Assembly: GCA_910585385.1 (NCBI GenBank)
Contig: CAJUDV010000010.1
Coordinates: 962 to 64,961 of the forward strand
DNA length: 64,000 nucleotides
Origin: an uncultured Oscillibacter sp.
Lineage (GTDB): Bacteria; Bacillota; Clostridia; Oscillospirales; Oscillospiraceae
Direction: 5' to 3'
Shown here: in pieces, positions 36,303 through 44,114 of the stretch
Position numbering within the stretch: the first letter of the stretch is position 1
How the letters are laid out: each line of letters opens with the position of its first letter
The notes under the pieces: generated by a model
Databases searched by the model: none
The model's input: the letters and a program-made list of their open reading frames with translations, nothing else
Told to the model about the DNA's origin: nothing
Translations under genes and position numbers: made by a program

Positions 36303-36336
36303 GCGGCACCGCTCTTGTGGCGGAGCCGCTTTTTTA
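36303..36336 (+). terminator. terminator/attenuator between the small ORF and the liv operon
   Basis: GCGGCACCGC-tcttgtg-GCGGAGCCGC (one A/A mismatch) followed by TTTTTT. Confidence 0.5.
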
Positions 36337-36374
36337 TATATGAATGTCAAACTAACAACGCAAAAGGAGAATGT

Positions 36375-37595
36375 ATGATGAAGAAGTTTTTTGGTATCCT
36401 GCTGACTCTGGCCATGGTACTGAGCCTGGCCGCCTGCGGCGGCAGCGGCGGCAGCGGCCAGGCCGACGGCAGCGGCAATCCCCCCGCCTCCACCGACAAC
36501 AACCAGCCCGGCGGCGACGCCCCCTCCGGCAGCGCCGGCGGCACCTTCAAGCTGGGCGGCGTGGGCCCCCTGACCGGTGACGCCGCCATCTACGGCAACG
36601 CCGCCATGAACGGCGCCAAGATCGCCGTGGACGAGATCAACGCCCTGGGCGGCATCCAGTTTGAGTTCAAGGCCGAGGACGACGTGGCCGACGGCGAGAC
36701 CTCCGTCAACGCCTACAACACCCTGATGGACTGGGGCATGCAGGTCCTGGTGGGCCCCGTCACCACCGGCGCCGCCATCGCCGTGTCCGCTGAGATCTAC
36801 AACGACCGGGTGTTTGCCCTGACCCCCTCCGCCTCCTCCACCGACGTCATCAGCGGCAAGGACAACATGTTCCAGGTCTGCTTCACCGACCCCAACCAGG
36901 GCGTTGGCTCCGCCGACTATATCTCCCAGAACATGCCCGGGGCCAAGGTGGGCATCATCTACCGCAATGACGACGCCTACTCCCAGGGCATCCGGGACAC
37001 CTTCGTGGCCGAGGCCGGCAAGGTGGGCCTGGAGATCGTCAGCGAGGGCACCTTCACCAAGGACACCCAGAGCGACTTCTCCGTGCAGCTGACCGACGCC
37101 AAGAGCAAGGGCGCGGACCTGATCTTCCTGCCCACCTACTACCAGCCCAACGCCGTCATCCTGAACCAGGCCAAGGGCATGGGCTACGCCCCCACCTTCT
37201 TCGGCGTGGACGGCATGGACGGCATCCTGGCAATGCCCGGCTTTGACACCTCCCTGGCCGAGGGCGTCATGCTGCTGACCCCCTTCTCCGCCGACGCCGA
37301 CGATGAACGCACCCAGAGCTTCGTGGCCAAGTACAACGAGCTCCACGGCGAGACCCCCAACCAGTTCGCCGCCGACGGCTATGACGCCGTGTATATCATC
37401 TACGAGGCCCTCCAGGCCGCCGGCTGCACCGGCGACATGTCCGCCGAGGAGATCTGCGAGGCCATCGTGGCCGTGATGCCCACCATCTCTGTGGACGGCC
37501 TCACCGGCCAGGGCATGACCTGGGCCGAGAGCGGCGAGGTCTCCAAGGCCCCCATGGCCGTGGTCATCAAGGACGGCGTGTACGTCACTCCCTGA
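36375..37595 (+). CDS. livJ: branched-chain amino acid ABC transporter substrate-binding lipoprotein
   Basis: MMKKFFGILLTLAMVLSLAACGG lipobox. GPLTGDAAIYG and LVGPVTTG are type-I PBP (LivJ/K family) motifs. Confidence 0.85.
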   Translation: MMKKFFGILLTLAMVLSLAACGGSGGSGQADGSGNPPASTDNNQPGGDAPSGSAGGTFKLGGVGPLTGDAAIYGNAAMNGAKIAVDEINALGGIQFEFKAEDDVADGETSVNAYNTLMDWGMQVLVGPVTTGAAIAVSAEIYNDRVFALTPSASSTDVISGKDNMFQVCFTDPNQGVGSADYISQNMPGAKVGIIYRNDDAYSQGIRDTFVAEAGKVGLEIVSEGTFTKDTQSDFSVQLTDAKSKGADLIFLPTYYQPNAVILNQAKGMGYAPTFFGVDGMDGILAMPGFDTSLAEGVMLLTPFSADADDERTQSFVAKYNELHGETPNQFAADGYDAVYIIYEALQAAGCTGDMSAEEICEAIVAVMPTISVDGLTGQGMTWAESGEVSKAPMAVVIKDGVYVTP

Positions 37596-37753
37596 CCCCA
37601 GCGGTCCCATCTGCTTTAACCACAGGCGATCCGCCGGGAGGCTTGGCCTCCCGGCGGGCGCCGAAGCGCCAGCCATGGCGAAAACGGCGGCAGCGGTCGC
37701 CGCCGTCCCTGTTTTTGCCATGGGTGAAGTATGAGAAAAGGAAGGTTGATACT

Positions 37754-38632
37754 ATGGAATTTCTCTCCTACCTGATCAGCGGGATCAGCCTGGGGAGCAT
37801 CTACGCCATCATCGCCCTGGGCTACACCATGGTCTACGGCATCGCCAAAATGCTGAACTTTGCCCACGGCGACGTCATCATGATCGGCGGCTACATCTCC
37901 CTGATCGCCATGACCTCCCTGGGGGTGGGCGGCGTGACGGCCACGCTTTTGGCCATGGTGGTATGCACCGTGCTGGGCATTCTCATTGAGGGCCTGGCCT
38001 ACAAGCCCCTGCGGGGCGCCCCCTCCCTGGCGGTGCTGATTACCGCCATCGGCGTCAGCTACTTCCTCCAGAACGCCGCCCTCCAGATCTGGGGGGCCAA
38101 TCCCCGGGTCTACCCCTCCGTGGCTCCGGACACCTGGAAGCTCTTTGACGGGCAGCTGTCCATCCCCTACGTGTCTCTTCTCACCGTGGCGGCCTGTATC
38201 GTCATCATGATCGCCCTGACCCTCTTCACCGGCAAGACCAAGATGGGCAAGGCCATGCGGGCCTGCTCCGAGGACAAGGGCGCGGCCCAGCTGATGGGCA
38301 TCGACGTCAACCGCACCATCTCCATGACCTTTGCCATCGGCTCCGCCCTGGCGGCCATCGCCGGCGTGCTGCTGTGCTCCTACAACTCCACCCTCATGCC
38401 CACCACCGGCTCCATGCCCGGCATCAAGGCCTTTACCGCGGCGGTGTTCGGCGGCATCGGGTCCATCCCCGGGGCCTTCCTGGGCGGACTGCTGCTGGGG
38501 ATCATCGAGGCCATGGCCAAGGCCTACATCTCCATGCAGCTGGCCAACTCCATCGTCTTCGCCGTGCTGATTATCGTGCTGCTGGTGCGCCCGGCGGGCC
38601 TTTTGGGCAAATACGTGCCCGAGAAAGTCTGA
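37754..38632 (+). CDS. livH: branched-chain amino acid ABC transporter permease
   Basis: MEFLSYLISGISLGSIYAIIALGYTMVYGIAKMLNFAHGD. Confidence 0.88.
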   Translation: MEFLSYLISGISLGSIYAIIALGYTMVYGIAKMLNFAHGDVIMIGGYISLIAMTSLGVGGVTATLLAMVVCTVLGILIEGLAYKPLRGAPSLAVLITAIGVSYFLQNAALQIWGANPRVYPSVAPDTWKLFDGQLSIPYVSLLTVAACIVIMIALTLFTGKTKMGKAMRACSEDKGAAQLMGIDVNRTISMTFAIGSALAAIAGVLLCSYNSTLMPTTGSMPGIKAFTAAVFGGIGSIPGAFLGGLLLGIIEAMAKAYISMQLANSIVFAVLIIVLLVRPAGLLGKYVPEKV

Positions 38633-38642
38633 GGTGGCCCAC

Positions 38643-39716
38643 ATGAAAAAGCTGAAATCCCTGAAAACCACCACCAAGGTGGACTTCGCCACCTATCTCG
38701 GCGTCATCGCCGCCTTCGCCATCGTCTCCCTGCTGAAAAACGGCGGCTTTTTGAACCGCTCCCTCACCGGCATGCTGGTGCCCATCTGCTGCTACATCGT
38801 CATGGCGGTGTCCCTGAATCTGACGGTGGGCATTCTGGGTGAGCTCTCCCTGGGCCACGCGGGCTTTATGAGCGTGGGCGCCTTCTCCGGCGTCATCGCC
38901 GCCATGAGCCTCCAAAACGCCGTTCCCCTCGGCTGGGCGCGGCTGGTGATCGCCCTCGCCGCGGGCGCGGCCTTCGCCGCCCTGGCGGGCTTCATCGTGG
39001 GCGTGCCGGTGCTGCGGCTCCGGGGCGACTACCTGGCCATCGTCACCCTGGCTTTCGGCGAAATTATCAAGGAGCTCATCAACTGCCTGCTGGTGGGCTG
39101 TGACGAGAACGGCCTCCACATAGCCTTCAACATCAGCGGCACGCTGACCATCGACGACCTGGGCATGAGCCCCGGCGGAACCGCCATCATCAAGGGCGCC
39201 CAGGGCGCCACCGGCACGGAGAAGCTGGCCTCCTTCGGCGCGGGCTTCATCCTGGTGATGCTGACGCTGGTGATCGTGCTGAATCTGGTGCGCAGCCGCG
39301 CCGGCCGGGCGGTCATGGCCATCCGGGACAACCGCATCGCCGCCGAGAGCATCGGCGTCAACATCACGAAGTACAAGATGATCGCCTTCATCACCTCCGC
39401 CGCCCTGGCCGGCGCGGCGGGCGCGCTGTACGGGCTGAATTACAGCAGCCTGGCCGCCAGCAAGTTCGACTTCAACACCTCCATTCTGGTGCTGGTCTAC
39501 GTGGTGCTGGGAGGCCTTGGAAACATCTGGGGCTCCATCATCGCCGCCGCCGTCCTCTACATTCTGCCCGAGGCCCTGCGCCAGTTCTCCGACTACCGGA
39601 TGCTGGTGTACGCTATCGTGCTGATCCTGGTGATGCTGGCCACCAACAACCCCACCATCAAGAATTTCCTGGGCCGTTTCAAGCCCCGCAGATCCCACAG
39701 AAAGGAGGCCGCCTGA
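38643..39716 (+). CDS. livM: branched-chain amino acid ABC transporter permease
   Basis: LNLTVGILGELSLGHAGFMSVGAF...LRLRGDYLAIVTLAFGEI. ATG 38643 follows GAGGTGG. Confidence 0.85.
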   Translation: MKKLKSLKTTTKVDFATYLGVIAAFAIVSLLKNGGFLNRSLTGMLVPICCYIVMAVSLNLTVGILGELSLGHAGFMSVGAFSGVIAAMSLQNAVPLGWARLVIALAAGAAFAALAGFIVGVPVLRLRGDYLAIVTLAFGEIIKELINCLLVGCDENGLHIAFNISGTLTIDDLGMSPGGTAIIKGAQGATGTEKLASFGAGFILVMLTLVIVLNLVRSRAGRAVMAIRDNRIAAESIGVNITKYKMIAFITSAALAGAAGALYGLNYSSLAASKFDFNTSILVLVYVVLGGLGNIWGSIIAAAVLYILPEALRQFSDYRMLVYAIVLILVMLATNNPTIKNFLGRFKPRRSHRKEAA

Positions 39717-39717
39717 C

Positions 39718-40551
39718 ATGCTCTCAAAACTCGTTCCCGTCCCCTCCGGCAGCATGATCCCCGACCGGGACATAGGCAAGCGCCCCATTCTGGAGTGTAT
39801 CAGCCTGGGGATTACCTTCGGCGGCCTAAAGGCCGTGGAGGACTTCAACCTCACCATCGGCCGCACGGAGATCGCCGGTCTCATCGGCCCCAACGGCGCG
39901 GGCAAGACCACGGTCTTCAACCTTCTGACCAAGGTCTACCAGCCCACCAAGGGCACCATCCTGCTGGACGGCACCGACACCCACGGCATGGACACCATGA
40001 AGGTCAACCGGGCGGGCATCGCCCGGACCTTCCAGAATATCCGCCTCTTCCAGGACCTCAGCGTGGAGGACAACGTGAAGGTGGGCATGGACACCCAGAT
40101 GCGCTACGGCATGTGGAGCGGCATCTTCCGCCTGCCGGGCTACTGGAAGGAGGAGCGGGTGGCCCACCAGCGGGCGCTGGAACTCCTCTCCCTTTTCAGC
40201 ATGGAGGACCTGGCGGACGTGAAGGCCGGGTCCCTGCCCTACGGCGCCCAGCGCCGGCTGGAGATCGTCCGGGCCCTGGCCACCAACCCCTCCCTGCTGC
40301 TGCTGGACGAGCCGGCGGCGGGCATGAATCCCTCGGAGACGGCGGAGCTGATGGAAAACATCCGCAAGATCCGGGACACCTTCCAGATCGCCGTTTTGCT
40401 GATTGAGCACGACATGAATCTGGTGATGAACATCTGCGAGGGCATCTGCGTGCTGAACTTCGGCCGGGTCATTGCCAAGGGCAGCCCGGAGGACATCCAA
40501 AAAAATCCGAAGGTCATCGAGGCGTATCTCGGCAAGCAGAAGGAGGCGTGA
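39718..40551 (+). CDS. livG: branched-chain amino acid ABC transporter ATP-binding protein
   Basis: Walker A GPNGAGKTT, signature LPYGAQRRLE and Walker B LLLLDEPAAG. RBS AAAGGAGG. Confidence 0.9.
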   Translation: MLSKLVPVPSGSMIPDRDIGKRPILECISLGITFGGLKAVEDFNLTIGRTEIAGLIGPNGAGKTTVFNLLTKVYQPTKGTILLDGTDTHGMDTMKVNRAGIARTFQNIRLFQDLSVEDNVKVGMDTQMRYGMWSGIFRLPGYWKEERVAHQRALELLSLFSMEDLADVKAGSLPYGAQRRLEIVRALATNPSLLLLDEPAAGMNPSETAELMENIRKIRDTFQIAVLLIEHDMNLVMNICEGICVLNFGRVIAKGSPEDIQKNPKVIEAYLGKQKEA

Positions 40552-40552
40552 C

Positions 40553-41263
40553 ATGGAAGCAATCCTGAAAGTCGACAACATCAATGTCTACTACGGCAGC
40601 ATCCACGCCATCAAGGGCGTGTCCTTCGAGGTGGCCCAGGGGGAGGTCGTCACGCTGATCGGCGCCAACGGCGCGGGCAAATCCACCACCCTGAACACCA
40701 TCTCCGGACTGCTGCGGAGCAAAACCGGCTCCGTCACCTTCCTGGGGGAGGATCTGGGCAAGGTTCCGGCCCACAAGGTGGTCTCCCGCGGCCTGGCCCT
40801 GGTGCCGGAGGGACGGCGGGTCTTTTTGCAGATGACCACCCAGGAAAACCTGGAGATGGGCGCCTACACCCAGAGCGGCAAACCCGATCCGGCGGACCTG
40901 GAGAAGGTCTACGCGCAGTTCCCCCGCCTGAAGGAGCGGCGGAAGCAGGTGGCGGGCACGTTGTCCGGCGGCGAACAGCAGATGCTGGCCATGGGACGGG
41001 CGCTGATGAGCCGCCCCAAGCTCCTGATGCTGGATGAACCCTCCATGGGCCTGGCTCCCATTCTGGTGGAACAGATCTTTGAGATTATCAAGGATCTTCA
41101 CAGCGCGGGCACCACCATTCTGCTGGTGGAGCAGAACGCCCAGGCGGCGCTGTCCGTGGCGGACCGGGGCTATGTGCTGGAGACCGGCAAGGTGGTCACC
41201 TCCGGCACCGGCGCAGAGCTGTTGGCCTCCCCGGCCATCAAGAAGGCCTATCTGGGCGGCTGA
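40553..41263 (+). CDS. livF: branched-chain amino acid ABC transporter ATP-binding protein
   Basis: GANGAGKST, LSGGEQQMLA and LLMLDEPSMGLAP. Confidence 0.9.
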   Translation: MEAILKVDNINVYYGSIHAIKGVSFEVAQGEVVTLIGANGAGKSTTLNTISGLLRSKTGSVTFLGEDLGKVPAHKVVSRGLALVPEGRRVFLQMTTQENLEMGAYTQSGKPDPADLEKVYAQFPRLKERRKQVAGTLSGGEQQMLAMGRALMSRPKLLMLDEPSMGLAPILVEQIFEIIKDLHSAGTTILLVEQNAQAALSVADRGYVLETGKVVTSGTGAELLASPAIKKAYLGG

Positions 41264-41278
41264 GCAGGCGGACTGTTG

Positions 41279-41320
41279 GCGGGCCATTCCCCCTCTTCCG
41301 GGAATGGCCCGCATTTTCTC
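41279..41320 (+). terminator. rho-independent terminator of the liv operon
   Basis: GCGGGCCATTCC-ccctcttcc-GGAATGGCCCGC then ATTTTCTC. Confidence 0.65.
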
Positions 41321-41423
41321 CCGACAGCCCTCGCAGCCGCCGGGAATTTTCTCAATAAGTTATAAAATCCCCTCCCGTTTCCCCTCAAATTTTATCATAT
41401 CTTGAAAACCTGCTCCCAGGGGA

Positions 41424-41452
41424 TTGACAACCGGCTCCTCCGGGTTTATACT
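41424..41452 (+). promoter_or_regulatory. promoter of the T-box leader
   Basis: TTGACA (41424-41429), 17 nt, TATACT (41447-41452). Confidence 0.6.
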
Positions 41453-41464
41453 GCTTACAATCTC

Positions 41465-41770
41465 AAAAGCAAAAACCGATGAGGCAGAGAAGTAGCCAGA
41501 ATGCGTTTCTCCCAGCGAGCCGCCGGCAGTGTGAGGGCGGCAGGAACAACTCCGGTGAATGGACTGCCGAGGGCGGGCCGAACGGGACGGAAGTCCTCAT
41601 TAAGCGCCGACGGGCTTTTCCCCCGTTACCAAGGAAAGGTATGTGATGGCATACCGCCGAGGGGGCGATTTTTCATCGCCAATTTGGGTGGCACCGCAGA
41701 AGTTTCAAGACTTTTGTCCCAATGGAACCTATTTTAGGTTTCTTTTGCTGGGATGAAGGTCTTTTTTTGA
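41465..41770 (+). promoter_or_regulatory. T-box riboswitch, tryptophan specifier (UGG)
   Basis: Stem I GAGGCAGAGAAGTAGCC. Specifier loop GAA-TGG-A (TGG at 41560-41562). T-box sequence AATTTGGGTGGCACCGCAG (41681-41699). Terminator arms at 41706-41721 and 41749-41761, then TTTTTTT. Confidence 0.8.
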
Positions 41771-41814
41771 CGCATCCTCTCAAGAGAGACCGATTATCGA
41801 AAGGAGCAGCCACT

Positions 41815-43191
41815 ATGAAAACCGAAGCTAAAATCCCCTACAAGATCTACCTCACCGAGGACGAGATGCCAAAAACCTGGTACAACGTCCGGGCCGACAT
41901 GAAGAACAAGCCCGCCCCCCTGCTGAATCCCGGCACCGGAGCGCCCATGAGCTACGAGGACCTGCGGGGCGTGTTCTGCGACGAACTGATCCGCCAGGAG
42001 CTGGACGACGATACCCGGGAGATCCCCATCCCTCAGGAGATCCGGGACTTTTACCGGATGTACCGCCCCTCCCCCCTGGTGCGGGCCTACTGCCTGGAGG
42101 AAAAGCTCCAGACCCCGGCCAAGATCTACTACAAGTTTGAGGGCACCAACACCTCCGGCTCCCACAAGCTGAACTCCGCCATCGCTCAGGCCTACTACGC
42201 CAAGAACCAGGGCCTCAAGGGCGTCACCACCGAGACTGGCGCCGGCCAGTGGGGCACGGCTCTCTCCATGGCCTGCGCCTACCTGGGGCTGGACTGCAAG
42301 GTTTACATGGTGAAGGTCAGCTATGAGCAAAAGCCCTTCCGCCGGGAGGTCATGCGGACCTACGGCGCCTCCGTCACCCCCTCCCCCTCCATGGAGACGG
42401 AGATCGGCAAGAAGATTCTCGCCGAGCACCCCGGCACCACCGGCTCTCTGGGCTGCGCCATCTCCGAGGCTGTGGAGGCCGCCACCTCCACCCCCGGCTA
42501 CCGCTATGTGCTGGGCAGCGTCCTGAACCAGGTGCTGCTGCACCAGTCGATTATCGGCATGGAAACCAAGGCCGCCCTGGACAAATACGGCGTGGTGCCC
42601 GACATCATCATCGGCTGCGCCGGCGGCGGCAGCAACCTGGGCGGCCTCATCTCCCCCTTCATGGGTGAGAAGCTGCGGGGGGAGCGGGACTACCGGATCA
42701 TCGCCGTGGAGCCCGCCTCCTGCCCCAGTCTCACCCGGGGCCGCTTCGCCTACGACTTCTGCGACACCGGCATGGTCTGCCCCCTGGCCAAGATGTACAC
42801 CCTGGGCAGCGGCTTCATCCCCTCCGCCAACCACGCCGGGGGCCTCAGATACCACGGCATGAGCCCCGTCCTCTCCCAGCTGTACCACGACGGGTACATG
42901 GAGGCCGTCTCCGTGGAGCAGACCCGCGTCTTTGAGGCGGCAGAGCAGTTCGCCCGGGTGGAGGGCATTCTCCCCGCCCCGGAGTCCAGCCACGCCATCC
43001 GGGCGGCCATTGACGAGGCCATGCGGTGCAGGGAGACCGGAGAGGAGAAGACTATCGTCTTCGGCCTGACGGGCACCGGGTACTTTGACATGGTGGCCTA
43101 TGAGAAGTTCCACAACGGTGAGATGGTGGACTATATCCCCACCGACGAAGAGCTCCAGCAGAGCTTCGCCAAGCTGCCCCAGGTGAACTGA
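41815..43191 (+). CDS. trpB: TrpB2-type tryptophan synthase beta-like PLP enzyme
   Basis: IYYKFEGTNTSGSHKLNSA (PLP lysine), TETGAGQWG, GCAGGGSN. The long N-terminus (KIPYKIYLTEDEMP) is typical of TrpB2. No trpA in the window. Confidence 0.85.
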   Translation: MKTEAKIPYKIYLTEDEMPKTWYNVRADMKNKPAPLLNPGTGAPMSYEDLRGVFCDELIRQELDDDTREIPIPQEIRDFYRMYRPSPLVRAYCLEEKLQTPAKIYYKFEGTNTSGSHKLNSAIAQAYYAKNQGLKGVTTETGAGQWGTALSMACAYLGLDCKVYMVKVSYEQKPFRREVMRTYGASVTPSPSMETEIGKKILAEHPGTTGSLGCAISEAVEAATSTPGYRYVLGSVLNQVLLHQSIIGMETKAALDKYGVVPDIIIGCAGGGSNLGGLISPFMGEKLRGERDYRIIAVEPASCPSLTRGRFAYDFCDTGMVCPLAKMYTLGSGFIPSANHAGGLRYHGMSPVLSQLYHDGYMEAVSVEQTRVFEAAEQFARVEGILPAPESSHAIRAAIDEAMRCRETGEEKTIVFGLTGTGYFDMVAYEKFHNGEMVDYIPTDEELQQSFAKLPQVN

Positions 43192-43192
43192 T

Positions 43193-43513
43193 ATGGACGG
43201 CTTCACACCGGTCCCCTGCCACACGGGCTTCCTGGCAAAGCGGGTCTTTGGAGAGGCGGCGGGACGCGTCCTGGACGTGTCCATCGCCCATCTGGAGCCC
43301 CGGGGCGGCGGACCGGTTCCCGCCCATGCCCATCCGGAACGGAACCACCTCTTCATCGTCACCCAGGGCGTCATGGAGGCCCGCACGCCGGAGGGCGTCC
43401 GCCGCTTCGGCCCAAACGAGGCCCTGCTGGTGCCCGGCGGCCAAACGCACCAGGTCTGGAACGCCGGGGACGGCCCCGCCGTGGTGGTGGGCGTCACCCT
43501 GACGGCAGAATAG
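43193..43513 (+). CDS. cupin domain protein
   Basis: PAHAHPERNHLFIVTQG...LVPGGQTHQVWN are cupin motifs 1 and 2. Starts 1 nt after the trpB2 stop. Confidence 0.7.
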   Translation: MDGFTPVPCHTGFLAKRVFGEAAGRVLDVSIAHLEPRGGGPVPAHAHPERNHLFIVTQGVMEARTPEGVRRFGPNEALLVPGGQTHQVWNAGDGPAVVVGVTLTAE

Positions 43514-43557
43514 AAAAACAAAGAGCGGCCAAGGGGCGCGCTCCTTCAAAGAACACG

Positions 43558-43592
43558 GCAGGACAGACCGCTTTGGTCTGTCCTGCTCTTTT
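43558..43592 (+). terminator. rho-independent terminator
   Basis: GCAGGACAGACC-gctttg-GGTCTGTCCTGC then TCTTTT. Confidence 0.75.
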
Positions 43593-44045
43593 GACCCCCG
43601 ATGCCACCCCCGCCGGCTCCACCCATGAACAGGCCGGCAGGAGCCAAGGGCTGCCTGGATATTTATCAGTCGATGCCCTTCTCCGCAGAACTGGAAAAAC
43701 TCCCCCGCATCTATGCCTGCTTCTTTTCCCCCATGGGGACATTTGTTGAAAAGAGTGTGTGGAACAGGACCGGAAAATACGGCCATAACACCGGCTATCA
43801 ATGGATATAAAGGTTCAAATAAGCAGCCCCACGGCGTAATTGCAGCACCCGCAGCGCAAAGCGTGTCTCTTAATTCTTGAGCCTTCCTCGCCGTCATGCC
43901 GACGCCTCCGCAAATTCCGATTCCCCGGTTCATCCATTATAAAGCGGCGCCGGCTGAACAGCAGCTTTTTCAGCCGGTATTTTCCTCTCTCTCAGCAGGC
44001 TTTCAAGGCCCCTCTCCGTTTTTGAATCCGGATTTTGGGGGATAC

Positions 44046-44076
44046 TCTGTACAAATGACGGGCAAATTGCTATAAT
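44046..44076 (+). promoter_or_regulatory. promoter candidate of the P-type ATPase gene
   Basis: TGc-TATAAT extended -10 (44068-44076), with TGTACA about 18 nt upstream. Confidence 0.45.
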
Positions 44077-44114
44077 AGAACAAATTACCCAAAATTCGAC
44101 AGAGGGGGCGTTCC

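Noticed and set aside
43052-43933. A 293-aa minus-strand ORF as a real gene
   Set aside because: It reads through a strong terminator hairpin and overlaps the cupin and trpB2 genes antisense. It has no motif and no RBS at its ATG.
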